DNA from: Candidatus Onthovivens sp.
Lineage (GTDB): Bacteria; Bacillota_I; Bacilli_A; RFN20; CAG-826
DNA: 64,000 bases
Assembly: GCA_035270825.1 (NCBI GenBank)
Contig: DATESL010000015.1
Coordinates: forward strand, 13,529 to 77,528
Direction: 5' to 3'
The notes beneath the pieces are model-generated. The model saw only the letters and a program-made list of their open reading frames with translations, was not told the origin of the DNA and did not search any database. Each line of letters starts with the position of its first letter. The stretch's first letter is position 1. Below, in pieces: positions 44,235 to 54,648 of this stretch. The position numbers and the translations under genes are program-made.

Positions 44235-46235
44235 GTGATTGAAGTAAAAAATGTCTCAAAATCTTTTGCTATTAATGGAGAGAGGAAACTTTCAGTTTTA
44301 GCTAATATCAATATTAAATTTCCAGATACTGGTCTTTATTTTATTGTTGGGAAAAGTGGAAGCGGTAAAACAACTCTTCTAAATATTCTCACTAATATGT
44401 TAAAACCAGATCAAGGAGAGGTTTTATATAATAAGGAAAATATTTCTAATTATAAGAGTAAAGATTTAACAAAATTTTATCAAAATCAAATTGGTATACT
44501 CTTTCAAGGAATTAATCTTTTTCCTTCTTTAACTGTTGAAGATAATATTAATCTAACAAAGTCAATCAAGGGCGATAAAAGCTTTAATCTAGAAAAACAC
44601 CTTAAAAAATATCGCCTTGAGGGAAAAGAGAGGGTTCTGATTAAGAACTTAAGTGGAGGTGAAAAACAAAGAGTCGCCTTAATCAGAGCCTTAGTTAATG
44701 ACCCTACAGTCCTTTTTGCTGATGAACCAACAGGAGCTCTCGATTCAACTAATGGTCTTATTATTTTTGATGATCTAAAAGAAATTTCTAAGAATAAACT
44801 AGTAATTGTTGTCACTCATAACTTAAAAATAGTTGAAAAGTATGCTGATGGATATTTACTAATAGAAAATAGTAAAATCGCTTTTAATAATTTAGAACTT
44901 ACAAGAAGTTCCCCTGCAAAAGCAGAAACAAAACAAATAAAAAAATCATCATTTGTAAAATATTTATTTCTCAAAAACTTTAAAACTAATATTCGACAAA
45001 ATGTGATTGCGATCTTTTCAATCTTTATCTCCGTTTTAATTGTTTTTGTTTCTGTTTTTGCAGAGATATCAGGGAAAAAAGCAACCACCAATTTAGAAGA
45101 GACTTATATTGATCATTATGTTTATAGCGTTTCACAAGTTTATAAAACGGGGATTAGTGATTCTCCACTAGAAATTGTTAAAACAATTCGTCCTAAATTA
45201 GAGACGTGTAAAGAATTATTTCTTTCCATAGAAGATAAAATAATCGCTTTAAATTTTGATTATTTATTTCAGGGGAAGAAAACATTAACTTATAATGAAA
45301 AGAATTTTGAGGTGACATTCCGCCCGATTCTCAGTGGAAAAAGCAAAGATATAAGTGTTAATAAAGCTCTTTTTTCTTTAATTCAAGAGAGTGACAAGAG
45401 TTTTGCACTTAATTCTAATCTTGATATAACGCTTGAACAAAATTATGAATATGTCGATTTTGAAAGTAATCTTTCAATTAATGAAAACTTCACCCTCAAT
45501 GATTCTTTTAAAGTAACAGAAATCAGCAACGAATTGAGTTATTTGTCAACTCCAACTTTATTTTATCCATATTTATATTTCGCGGATTTTTTAAAAGAGG
45601 AGATTTGCGAAAAGATATCATTAGCACAAAATAAAATAGTGAATTGGTATTCACTCATAGAAAACGCCCGTGAAAATGATGTCATAAGTGCTTATTCTTA
45701 TCTTGTTTTTAGTCAAAAAAACTATCGACAAATCAATCAGCTTATTGCAGATGGACGATTTGAAAAATTAGATTTTAAGGTTGAAAACGAACCATATTTT
45801 ATTGTTAACTCATTTAAACTAATAGTAGATAATATCTTTTTAGCCTTTAATGTATTTGTGGCAATAAGTGCTTTTTCATCGGTTTTTATTATTTCTTTAT
45901 TAACTTATTCAACATATTTAAAGAATAAAAAAGAATCGGCAATTTTGACAATCCTTGGAGCAAGAAAAGATCAAATTTTTTCATTATATCTTGTCGAACA
46001 GTTACTGGTTGCTTTTATGGGTGTTAGTTTAGCATTCTTTCTATTTTACTTTATGATTAAGCCGGTCAATCTTTTACTTCAGGGGTATTTAAATATCACA
46101 AATATGCTTGTTTTTGATTTTAAAATTATTCTTCCTTTGGTCTTTTTTGCTTTCATAGTTGTCATAATATCTTCTTACTTGCCACTATTCTTTTCAAAGA
46201 AGATTGAACTTGCTAAGGAGTTAAAAGAAGAATGA
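44235..46235 (+). CDS. MacB-type ABC transporter, fused ATPase + FtsX-like permease (666 aa)
   Basis: GTG start with GAGG 7 nt upstream. Walker A GKSGSGKTT, LSGGEKQR, Walker B LFADEPTGALD. Then TM1, a ~250-aa ectodomain and three C-terminal TM helices (FtsX topology). Confidence 0.85.
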   Translation: MIEVKNVSKSFAINGERKLSVLANINIKFPDTGLYFIVGKSGSGKTTLLNILTNMLKPDQGEVLYNKENISNYKSKDLTKFYQNQIGILFQGINLFPSLTVEDNINLTKSIKGDKSFNLEKHLKKYRLEGKERVLIKNLSGGEKQRVALIRALVNDPTVLFADEPTGALDSTNGLIIFDDLKEISKNKLVIVVTHNLKIVEKYADGYLLIENSKIAFNNLELTRSSPAKAETKQIKKSSFVKYLFLKNFKTNIRQNVIAIFSIFISVLIVFVSVFAEISGKKATTNLEETYIDHYVYSVSQVYKTGISDSPLEIVKTIRPKLETCKELFLSIEDKIIALNFDYLFQGKKTLTYNEKNFEVTFRPILSGKSKDISVNKALFSLIQESDKSFALNSNLDITLEQNYEYVDFESNLSINENFTLNDSFKVTEISNELSYLSTPTLFYPYLYFADFLKEEICEKISLAQNKIVNWYSLIENARENDVISAYSYLVFSQKNYRQINQLIADGRFEKLDFKVENEPYFIVNSFKLIVDNIFLAFNVFVAISAFSSVFIISLLTYSTYLKNKKESAILTILGARKDQIFSLYLVEQLLVAFMGVSLAFFLFYFMIKPVNLLLQGYLNITNMLVFDFKIILPLVFFAFIVVIISSYLPLFFSKKIELAKELKEE

Positions 46236-49027
46236 TTAAGGTAAGTAATTTGTTTAAAAGTTATCAGGATAATAAAATTTTAGAGAATATTTCTCTTAAT
46301 TTAGCAGACCATGGTTTAATAACTTTACTTGGAGATTCAGGATGTGGGAAGACTACTTTACTAAATCTTTTATCAACACTTGATGGGGACTTTCATGGGT
46401 CGATAAAATTTAATAATCTAGAACTCAATAAATTATCAGATAAAAAAAGAAGGGCTTTTCGCATTAATAACATAGGTTATGTTTTTCAAAATTTTAATCT
46501 ATTTGAAAACGACACTGTTTATAACAACATTTACTTAGTTTTAAGTTCGGTCTCTAATCTTAGTAAAGAGTTGAAAAATCGTAAAATCGAAGAAGCATTA
46601 ACATTAGTTGATTGTTTAACTTTTAAAGACAAGTATGTTCGCGATTTAAGCGGTGGAGAGAAGCAACGTGTTGCTTTAGCTCGTGCCATCATTAATAACC
46701 CCAAAGTAATCTTTGCTGACGAACCAAGCGGTAATTTGGACACTTTAAATGCAACTAAAATTTTTAATCTCCTTCGAGAAATATCTAAGGACTGTCTAGT
46801 TATTGTTGTAACTCATAATGAAACTTTATCAAATGAATATTCTGATGAAATCTATCGCTTCGAAAATAAAAAAATAATTAAGGAATTAAATAATGCTAAG
46901 GAAGCTAATAAACCATTAACCACAATGAAAGAAAAAAGAAAGGCTAAATCAGAAGTTTTGAGTTCTAAATTTATTTTTAGACACTTTTTAAATAATGTTA
47001 AACTTAAAAAAATAAGGTATTTATTAACATTGATTTTTTTAACAATTGCGCTTATCTCTTCTGGAGTTTCTTTTTATGTTAACAGCGAGTTAACGAGTGG
47101 AATTACTAACATGTTTACAGATGCTTTAGGTAAAAACTCGTTAATTCTTGAACGAAAAGATAAAGACCCACAAATTATTGATTATTACAGTGCTAACAAG
47201 ACAGACTTAGAAAATATTTATAAATCATATCAAGGTGAAGTTGATTATATTGGAGTAAATTATCTAGCTGATTTTGAAGGATTGTTTCCAAATGAGAACT
47301 CTCTATATTTAGAACATGAAAATAAATTAACAAATCTATTTGATATAACATCTCGTTATTTTAATGAGTTTATTTATGAAAAACATTTTAAGAACACTAA
47401 AGATATTTATCCTCAAATCTTCTCTAAATTAAACGATGATGAAATTGTGATTTCGCTTAACAATCAGCAAATGATTGATCTTTGTTTGCGTTTTAGAATT
47501 CCCAAAACCTATCAAGATTTAGGAGCATATTTACTTTCTAATAAGATAAAGGTTGTTTTAAAAGTTGAAAATAGAAGTTTTGTCTATGAAGATGAACAAG
47601 CTTTTAGATTAAAGGCTGTTATAAGGAGTCCATATAAAAGAATTTATCACACCAATCCATATTTTAATGAGGATTTATTTGAAAGAAGAATGCAGCTACC
47701 TTCTTCAAATAATTTAACTCAAGTTGACGAATTACCATGGACCTTAAAAAAGATTAATTACTTTCATACAATCGATTTCCCAACAAAAGTTATTGAAGAC
47801 TTAATGTATAAAATTGCTTATAAGTCAATGATATTTGAAAATGATTCAAATTTATTCTCTCCGCTAAGTATCTCTGAAAATAGTGGAAGAACAAATCGAG
47901 TTTATGTCTTTAATTCTTTCAAAAAAAGTATTGATTTAGAATTTTTAAGAGTTTTAAAAGAGAGTTCATATAATTTTAATTCATATTATTTCAATACAAG
48001 CTCAGGTTATCGTCAATCTGGATCTATTCTGAGTGGTTTTTCTCATCCCTTATTTTTCTCCCTTTATCTTGAGAAAATTAATGAAGTTATCGATGCTAAT
48101 TCTAAGGTTTCTCTTAATGAATTTTATAACATAGAAATTCCTGAGTTAGTTTGTGAGGGTAATCTTTTGAAGACAAGTGAGGATATCGTTAAATTATCCT
48201 CAAAACTAACTCAGGAAATTAAGGGAGTATATCCGCGAAACATCAAAGAAATCGCAATTTCAGAAAAAATGGCACGTACTCTTGGAGGGCAAGACATTAT
48301 TGGAAAAGAACTATATATGAGTTCATTGATGAGCAGCCAAAAAATTGATGAAGTGGTCAAAACAAAATTTAAAACAGTTAAAGTAACTATTTGTGGGATT
48401 GTTAATTCAGAAAAAATGGAAGTTTACCATAGTCCTGACTATTCTATTTCTCTTTTTCGTGATTTATTTAATTACAGCTCTTTAGAATTAAATATTGAGT
48501 CGATTGTTTTTATGCTAGAAAATAAAATCGACGAGCAAACAGTTGAAAAGTTAAATAAAATGTATCCTGAATATTATTTCTTCAATCCAACAAGTGACAT
48601 TGAAAAAGGAATAAAAGAAACAATGAATTATATATTGATCTTTTTATTAGTTTTTTCCCTGATTTCTATTTTAAGTTCAATTATCTTAATTTCAATTATT
48701 ACCTATATTAACTTTCTTGATTCGAAAAGAGATGTCGCTTTATTAATCGCGCTAGGGTTTTCTAGTTTTGAAATTATGAAGATGTTTTTTCTAAATAATC
48801 TTTTTACTTCCTCTTTTTCGCTTGTTAATAGTTCAATTGGCTTAGTTTTTGCAAGCTATCTTTTAAAAGAATCATTCACAAATTCATTTGGATTAGCATT
48901 TAGTTTCATTTTTCCACTCTCTTCAATTTTCTTTATGATTATCGTCGTTTTCATCGTCAGTGCCCTTAGTATACTGCTTATTAATAGGCCAATAAATCAA
49001 CTAAATACCATTGCAGAACTCCATTAA
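46232..49027 (+). CDS. MacB-type ABC transporter, fused ATPase + FtsX-like permease with ~530-aa ectodomain (931 aa)
   Basis: ATGA overlap with the upstream gene. Walker A GDSGCGKTT, LSGGEKQR, IFADEPSGNLD. MacB-PCD-like IAISEKMARTLGGQDIIGKEL. Three C-terminal TM helices. Confidence 0.85.
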   Translation: MIKVSNLFKSYQDNKILENISLNLADHGLITLLGDSGCGKTTLLNLLSTLDGDFHGSIKFNNLELNKLSDKKRRAFRINNIGYVFQNFNLFENDTVYNNIYLVLSSVSNLSKELKNRKIEEALTLVDCLTFKDKYVRDLSGGEKQRVALARAIINNPKVIFADEPSGNLDTLNATKIFNLLREISKDCLVIVVTHNETLSNEYSDEIYRFENKKIIKELNNAKEANKPLTTMKEKRKAKSEVLSSKFIFRHFLNNVKLKKIRYLLTLIFLTIALISSGVSFYVNSELTSGITNMFTDALGKNSLILERKDKDPQIIDYYSANKTDLENIYKSYQGEVDYIGVNYLADFEGLFPNENSLYLEHENKLTNLFDITSRYFNEFIYEKHFKNTKDIYPQIFSKLNDDEIVISLNNQQMIDLCLRFRIPKTYQDLGAYLLSNKIKVVLKVENRSFVYEDEQAFRLKAVIRSPYKRIYHTNPYFNEDLFERRMQLPSSNNLTQVDELPWTLKKINYFHTIDFPTKVIEDLMYKIAYKSMIFENDSNLFSPLSISENSGRTNRVYVFNSFKKSIDLEFLRVLKESSYNFNSYYFNTSSGYRQSGSILSGFSHPLFFSLYLEKINEVIDANSKVSLNEFYNIEIPELVCEGNLLKTSEDIVKLSSKLTQEIKGVYPRNIKEIAISEKMARTLGGQDIIGKELYMSSLMSSQKIDEVVKTKFKTVKVTICGIVNSEKMEVYHSPDYSISLFRDLFNYSSLELNIESIVFMLENKIDEQTVEKLNKMYPEYYFFNPTSDIEKGIKETMNYILIFLLVFSLISILSSIILISIITYINFLDSKRDVALLIALGFSSFEIMKMFFLNNLFTSSFSLVNSSIGLVFASYLLKESFTNSFGLAFSFIFPLSSIFFMIIVVFIVSALSILLINRPINQLNTIAELH

Positions 49028-49113
49028 ATGAAAATAAAAAAAGATTTAGTAGCAATTCAAAACTTAAAAGTGTATAGTAGTAAGCGTAGTTAACTACAGG
49101 AAGGTGTACTTAG

Positions 49114-49320
49114 ATGACAAAAATAACTGGAAAAGTTAAAAAGTTCAACAAAGAAAAAGGTTTCGGCTTTATTGTTGCAGATGATGGTAAAGAATATTTC
49201 TTCCATTACTCTTCATTAAACGTTCAAGGCTTCAAAACTGTTGAGATCGGTGCTTCTGTCGAATTCGATGCTGTCAATAGCGATCGCGGATTTAGAGCAG
49301 AAAACATTGATGTTAAATAA
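49114..49320 (+). CDS. csp: Cold-shock protein (CspA family)
   Basis: 68 aa with RNP1 KGFGFI and an RNP2-like YFFHYS. Confidence 0.9.
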   Translation: MTKITGKVKKFNKEKGFGFIVADDGKEYFFHYSSLNVQGFKTVEIGASVEFDAVNSDRGFRAENIDVK

Positions 49321-49355
49321 TTATATAGCTTAATTGTTTATGTTTTTAATGAAAT

Positions 49356-49377
49356 GGCACTTAGTTGTGCCTTTTTT
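49356..49377 (+). terminator. Terminator after csp
   Basis: GGCAC-TTAGTT-GTGCC followed by T6. The stem is short. Confidence 0.5.
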
Positions 49378-49435
49378 AATGCAAATTTTTGTCATTTTAT
49401 ATATAATATATTGAATTGAAATAAGAGGTATTAGT

Positions 49436-50539
49436 ATGAGCTTAAAAACAGGAATTGTCGGATTACCAAACGTTGGAAAGTCTACGCTTTTTAATGCTAT
49501 TACTAATTCAAGTGTGGAGGCTGCTAATTATCCTTTTGCAACTATTAACCCTAATGTTGGAACAGTAGAAGTTCCAGATGAAAGAATTGAAAATTTAGTA
49601 GAAATTTTTAATCCACGCAAAACAATTTATACAACAATTGAGTTTTTTGATATTGCTGGGTTGGTTAAAGGAGCTAGTAAAGGTGAGGGTCTTGGAAATC
49701 AATTTTTAGCTCATATTCGTGAAACTGATGCAATTATTGAAGTTGTTAGATGTTTTGATTCTAGTGAAATAATCCATGTTGAAAATAGTGTTGATCCTCT
49801 TCGTGATATTGGAACTATCCATTTAGAATTAGTGATGGCTGATTTAGATACAGTTACTAGTCGATTAACTAAAATAGAAAATAAAGCCCGCATTAGTAAG
49901 GATAAAACTGCTCTGATTGAATTAAATTTATTAAGTAGGATTAAAACTGCTTTAATGAACGAAAAAGCTATTCGTTCATTAGATTTTAACGAAGAAGAAA
50001 GTAAAATTTTAAAGAATTTTGGTTTTTTAACAGCTAAACCTATTATTTATGTTGGTAATATTACAGAATCTGACTTAGTTGATCCTATAAAATGTAAATA
50101 TTTTGCCGATGTTAAAAAGTTTGCTGAGGAAGAAGGTACTCAAGCAGTTGCAATTAGTTGTGCTATTGAAGCTGAATTGGCAGTTTGCTCTGATGAAGAA
50201 AAATCAGCTTTTCTTACTGATTTAGGAATTACAAATAGTGGTTTAGAAGATTTAATCAAAAGCGTTTATAGCTTATTAAATCTTTCAACTTTCTTTACGG
50301 TTGGGGCAGATGAAGTTCGTGCATGGACTTTTACTAATGGAATGAGTGCTCCTGATTGTGCAGGGGTTATTCATACTGATTTTAAAAAAGGTTTTATTAA
50401 GGCCGAAACTTATACCTATAATGATATAATTAAATATAGAACGGAGTTGGCTTTAAAGGAAGCCGGCAAATTACGTGTTGAAGGAAAGGAATATAAAACT
50501 AAAGATGGTGATATTTTCTTCTTTAGATTTAATGTATAA
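49436..50539 (+). CDS. ychF: Ribosome-binding ATPase YchF
   Basis: GIVGLPNVGKSTLFNA, DIAGLVKGAS and a TGS-like C-terminus. Confidence 0.95.
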   Translation: MSLKTGIVGLPNVGKSTLFNAITNSSVEAANYPFATINPNVGTVEVPDERIENLVEIFNPRKTIYTTIEFFDIAGLVKGASKGEGLGNQFLAHIRETDAIIEVVRCFDSSEIIHVENSVDPLRDIGTIHLELVMADLDTVTSRLTKIENKARISKDKTALIELNLLSRIKTALMNEKAIRSLDFNEEESKILKNFGFLTAKPIIYVGNITESDLVDPIKCKYFADVKKFAEEEGTQAVAISCAIEAELAVCSDEEKSAFLTDLGITNSGLEDLIKSVYSLLNLSTFFTVGADEVRAWTFTNGMSAPDCAGVIHTDFKKGFIKAETYTYNDIIKYRTELALKEAGKLRVEGKEYKTKDGDIFFFRFNV

Positions 50540-50542
50540 AAT

Positions 50543-51022
50543 ATGAGAATTGGAATTGGAAAAGACATACATAAATTAAAATTAGCGTATCCATTAGTAT
50601 TAGGAGGAATAAGAATTCCTTATACAAAGGGGTTGGTTTCTCATTCAGATGGGGATGTAGTTATTCATTCAATTGTTGATGCTATTTTTGGAGCATTAAA
50701 TATTGGTGATATTGGAACACATTTTCCTAACATTCCTCAATATCGCGGTGTTTCTAGTCTTATTTTCTTAAAAGAAGCTGCAAAACAGCTTATTCTTAAA
50801 AAATATGAGATTGAAAATATAGATGTTTTTATTACCTGTGAGGAACCACGTTTAGCACCCTATATTCCTCATATGAAACAGATGATTGCAACAAATTTAG
50901 ATATTTTAATTGATCAGATTTCAATTAAAGCTGGAACTAATGAAGGTGTTGGATCACTTGGAAATTTAGAAGCGATTGAAGCAACAAGTGTTTGCTTATT
51001 AAAGGAGATTAATCATGAATAA
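50543..51022 (+). CDS. ispF: 2-C-methyl-D-erythritol 2,4-cyclodiphosphate synthase
   Basis: MRIGIGKDIH...HSDGDVVIHSIVDA...GDIGTHFP signature. Confidence 0.9.
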   Translation: MRIGIGKDIHKLKLAYPLVLGGIRIPYTKGLVSHSDGDVVIHSIVDAIFGALNIGDIGTHFPNIPQYRGVSSLIFLKEAAKQLILKKYEIENIDVFITCEEPRLAPYIPHMKQMIATNLDILIDQISIKAGTNEGVGSLGNLEAIEATSVCLLKEINHE

Positions 51023-52451
51023 TAAAGTCAGAGTTAGGTATGCCCCATCTCCAACTGGATATTTACATATTGGAGGAGCAAGAAGTGCTCTATTTAACTA
51101 TTTATATGCTAAAAAATATAATGGTGATTTTGTTTTTAGAATTGAAGATACTGATATTGAAAGAAATATTGAAGGTGCAGAAGCTAGTCAATTACATGAT
51201 TTAATATGGCTTGGTATTATTCCTGATGAATCAACAGAGAATCCTAATCCAAAGTATGGTAAATATCGTCAAACTGAAAAGTTAGATATTTATAATGAAT
51301 ACGCCAGAAAGTTAATTGATCTTGGCTATGCCTATGAGTGTTATTGTACAAGTGAAGAACTTGATGCAATGAAAGAAGAACAACTTGCTCGCGGAATCAA
51401 GGCTTTTAAATATGATCGTCGATGTTTAGATCTAAATAAGGAACAAATTCAAAAATTCAAAGATGAAGGACGTAAACCTTCAATTAGAATTAAGATGCCT
51501 AAAAATCATATCTTAAAATTTAATGATTTAGTCCGTGGTGAAGTAACATTTAATAGTGATGATATCGGTGATTTTGTCATTATCAAATCTAATGGTATCC
51601 CTACTTATAATTTTGCTGTTGTTATTGATGACCATATAATGGAAATTACTCATATTTTACGTGGTGAAGAACACCTTTCAAACACACCAAAACAATTACA
51701 AGTTTATGAGTATTTTGGTTGGGAGGCCCCACTTTTTGGTCATATGACTATTATTGTCAATGAAAACGGTAAAAAACTAAGTAAAAGAGATTTAAATATT
51801 TTACAGTTCATGTCTCAATATAAAGAACTTGGTTATTTACCAGAAGCAGTTTTTAACTTTCTTTACTCTTTAGGATACACCGGAACTTCAAATCAAGAAA
51901 TATTTGACAAAGAAGAAGCAATTGCTTCCTTTGATCCGCAAAGATTATCAACAAGTCCTGCCATGTTTGATCCTAAAAAATTATTATGGATTAATAATCA
52001 ATATATTAAAGGACTAAGTAACGAAGCATATTTTGCTTTAGTTAATCCTTTTTTAGAAAAGATTAGAAAAGAAAAAATTATTGATGAAGAGAAATTAAAT
52101 AAATTAGCTTTAATTCTTAAAAATGAGATCTCAATTGGAAGTGAAATTGTTTCAATGGTCGAGGATGTTTTAATTAAGAAAACCTCCCTTGGTGAGGATG
52201 AATTAAAGGTTCTTAATGAGGAAAGTGCTCCAACAGTAATTAACCTCTTTAAAAATAAATTTGAAAGTTTAGATGCAATTACGCCTGAATCAATAAAAAA
52301 TATTTTTAATGAAATAAAAACCGAAACTGGTCTAAAGGGAAAACAAATTTTTATGCCAATTCGTATTAAATTAACTGGTGTAATGCACGGGATTGAACTT
52401 TTCAATATTGTTGATATTCTAGGGAAAGAAGAAATTATTAAAAGATTGTAA
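51015..52451 (+). CDS. gltX: Glutamate--tRNA ligase
   Basis: Class I HIGH (PTGYLHIGGA) and KMSKS-like (KLSKR) motifs. Overlaps the ispF end. Confidence 0.95.
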   Translation: MNNKVRVRYAPSPTGYLHIGGARSALFNYLYAKKYNGDFVFRIEDTDIERNIEGAEASQLHDLIWLGIIPDESTENPNPKYGKYRQTEKLDIYNEYARKLIDLGYAYECYCTSEELDAMKEEQLARGIKAFKYDRRCLDLNKEQIQKFKDEGRKPSIRIKMPKNHILKFNDLVRGEVTFNSDDIGDFVIIKSNGIPTYNFAVVIDDHIMEITHILRGEEHLSNTPKQLQVYEYFGWEAPLFGHMTIIVNENGKKLSKRDLNILQFMSQYKELGYLPEAVFNFLYSLGYTGTSNQEIFDKEEAIASFDPQRLSTSPAMFDPKKLLWINNQYIKGLSNEAYFALVNPFLEKIRKEKIIDEEKLNKLALILKNEISIGSEIVSMVEDVLIKKTSLGEDELKVLNEESAPTVINLFKNKFESLDAITPESIKNIFNEIKTETGLKGKQIFMPIRIKLTGVMHGIELFNIVDILGKEEIIKRL

Positions 52452-52507
52452 TTTTAAAATGGTATTTTCTACGTATTTTAAGTATAATATTTAACGCGAG
52501 GTGAATT

Positions 52508-52900
52508 ATGGCAATAGATTTTAAAAATGTATCGATGATTGAAGCAGGTTATGTAATTCTCAGTGAACAAGAAAACCCAATAGCTTTTGGGGATCTTTAC
52601 AAAATCGTCTGCGATAAACAAGAAATTGATAATGAATTAAGAGAACAATATATCTCTGATTTTTATACCGATTTATGTTTAGATGGACGCTTTGTTACCT
52701 TAGGTAATAATGATTGGGATTTAAGAACACGCCACAAATTTGAACAAGTTCATATTGATATGAATGATGTTTACAATGATATCGAAACAAATGATATTGA
52801 TGTTGAAGAAGAATTAGACGAAGAAGAAAAAGCACTTTTAGGAATTGGTGGCGACGATGAAGAGCCAGAAGAATATCCTAATGGTTCTAAAGATTATTAA
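52508..52900 (+). CDS. rpoE: RNA polymerase delta subunit RpoE
   Basis: N-terminal HARE-HTH-like domain (FYTDLCLDGRFVTLGNNDWDLR) and a poly-acidic C-terminal tail. Confidence 0.85.
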   Translation: MAIDFKNVSMIEAGYVILSEQENPIAFGDLYKIVCDKQEIDNELREQYISDFYTDLCLDGRFVTLGNNDWDLRTRHKFEQVHIDMNDVYNDIETNDIDVEEELDEEEKALLGIGGDDEEPEEYPNGSKDY

Positions 52901-52926
52901 TTTAATTTCTAATAAGGAGGATATTT

Positions 52927-53790
52927 ATGTTAGAAAATATGAATAAGATGTTGAAGAAGGCTCATGACGAACATTATGCTGTTGGACAATTTAACATTAA
53001 CAACTTAGAATGGATCAGTTCAATTCTTGATGAAGTTCAAGAATTAAATGCTCCAGTTATTTTAGGAGTTAGTGAAGGCGCTGCTAAGTATATGGGTGGT
53101 GTTGAGACTGTTGTTGGAATGGTTAAAGGTTATATTAAAGCCAATAACATTACAGTTCCAGTTGCACTCCATGTTGACCATGGTGCATCATTTGAATTCT
53201 GTAAAAAAGCTATTGATGCTGGTTTTACAAGTGTTATGATTGATGCTTCACATTTCCCATTTGAAGAAAATTTAGCAATTGTTAAAAGTGTTGTTGATTA
53301 TGCTCATAACGTTGGAGTTTCTGTTGAATCTGAATTAGGACACGTTGGTGGACAAGAAGATAATGCAGTTAGTGATGGCGTTTTATATGCTGATAAAGAT
53401 GAATGTAAAAAGATGGTCGATTTCACTAAAATTGATGCTTTAGCTCCTGCTTTAGGTTCAGTTCATGGACCATATCATGGGGAACCAAAACTTGGTTTTG
53501 ATGAAATGGATGAAATTAATAAATTATGTAACATTCCACTCGTCTTACATGGTGGTAGCGGAATCCCTGATGATCAAATTAAAAAAGCAATTGATCGTGG
53601 AACCTGCAAAATTAATGTTAATACTGAATGCCAACAAGAATTTGCAAAAATCTTAAGAGAAGTTTGCAGCACAACCGATCCTGATACCGTTTATGATCCA
53701 AGAAAATTACTTGGTCCAGGTAAAAAAGGAATCAGAAAAGTCGTTAAAGAAAAATGTTTAGTCTTTGGCTGTATTGGCAAAGCTGAATAG
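52927..53790 (+). CDS. fba: Class II fructose-1,6-bisphosphate aldolase
   Basis: [23 protein letters not shown] motifs. Confidence 0.95.
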   Translation: MLENMNKMLKKAHDEHYAVGQFNINNLEWISSILDEVQELNAPVILGVSEGAAKYMGGVETVVGMVKGYIKANNITVPVALHVDHGASFEFCKKAIDAGFTSVMIDASHFPFEENLAIVKSVVDYAHNVGVSVESELGHVGGQEDNAVSDGVLYADKDECKKMVDFTKIDALAPALGSVHGPYHGEPKLGFDEMDEINKLCNIPLVLHGGSGIPDDQIKKAIDRGTCKINVNTECQQEFAKILREVCSTTDPDTVYDPRKLLGPGKKGIRKVVKEKCLVFGCIGKAE

Positions 53791-53808
53791 TTATTTAAGA
53801 TTATATCA

Positions 53809-53840
53809 AAAGAGCTTTCCATATTTAGGAAGCTCTTTTA
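53809..53840 (+). terminator. Terminator after fba
   Basis: AAAGAGCTTTCC-N7-GGAAGCTCTTT with one bulge, then a T-run. Confidence 0.75.
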
Positions 53841-53865
53841 AATTAAAATACAAAGGAGATTAATA

Positions 53866-54645
53866 ATGGATTATCAAAAAGAACTAGCATTAGTTTTAAA
53901 AGCAGCTCAAAAAGCCAAAAAAATAATTATGAAATATTACAAAGAAGGTTTTGATGTTGAAATTAAAAGTGATGATTCACCAGTAACACAAGCTGATAAG
54001 GAATCTAATAATAGAATAATTGAGATTTTGGCTAGTGAATTTACTGATTATGGATTTTTAACTGAAGAAACTGATGATGATAAAATTCGTTTAACGAAGG
54101 AATTTATTTGGATTATTGATCCACTTGATGGAACTGCTGATTTTGTTAATCATTATGATGAATTCACTATTAATATTGCTCTATGTAAAGATCATCAAAT
54201 TGTTTTAGGAGTAGTTTGTGTTCCTGTTTATAATGTGACTTATTATGCAATTAAGGGACAAGGGGCTTATAAAATTGATGAAAATGGTCAAACTAAACAA
54301 ATTAAATGTAGTGATAAAACTAGTGACTTAACTGTTTTAAAATCTCGTTTCCATAGTACAGATAAAGAAGAAGCTACTTATTTAAAATATCAAAATAAAT
54401 TTAAGGAAGTTTTAACAGCTGGCAGTTCACTAAAAGCATGTTTAATTGCTGAAGGAAAAGCTGAGTTATCTTATCGTTTTAGCCGTGGAACAAAGGAATG
54501 GGATACAGCTGCTTTTCAAATTATTGTTGAAGAAGCTGGTGGTTTAGTTTTAAAACTTGATAAAACTCCATTAACTTATAATCGTGAAGATGTTTATAAT
54601 GATTCTTATGTTATTATGAATAACATCAAAAACATGTATATCTAA
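53866..54645 (+). CDS. Inositol monophosphatase / CysQ-family phosphatase
   Basis: Metal-binding motifs FLTEE, WIIDPLDGTADF, WDTAA. Confidence 0.85.
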   Translation: MDYQKELALVLKAAQKAKKIIMKYYKEGFDVEIKSDDSPVTQADKESNNRIIEILASEFTDYGFLTEETDDDKIRLTKEFIWIIDPLDGTADFVNHYDEFTINIALCKDHQIVLGVVCVPVYNVTYYAIKGQGAYKIDENGQTKQIKCSDKTSDLTVLKSRFHSTDKEEATYLKYQNKFKEVLTAGSSLKACLIAEGKAELSYRFSRGTKEWDTAAFQIIVEEAGGLVLKLDKTPLTYNREDVYNDSYVIMNNIKNMYI

Positions 54646-54648
54646 AAT

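Noticed and set aside
44504-45091. Two minus-strand ORFs (103 and 91 aa) inside the first MacB-type gene. Similar short internal or antisense ORFs occur at 840-1025, 1673-1933, 2305-2505, 12403-12660, 13737-13931, 17180-17476, 21303-21518, 26451-26729, 33191-33382, 39215-39412, 41483-41674, 43242-43457, 46531-46743, 49711-49893, 53465-53656, 58940-59284, 59940-60125, 61070-61285, 61455-61652 and 61619-61837.
   Set aside because: All are nested in, or antisense to, longer ORFs with clear family signatures. None has a convincing SD or a recognisable domain.
51998-52405. 135-aa minus-strand ORF inside gltX
   Set aside because: Shadow ORF antisense to a well-supported gene, with low-complexity Ser/Ile/Phe-rich translation.
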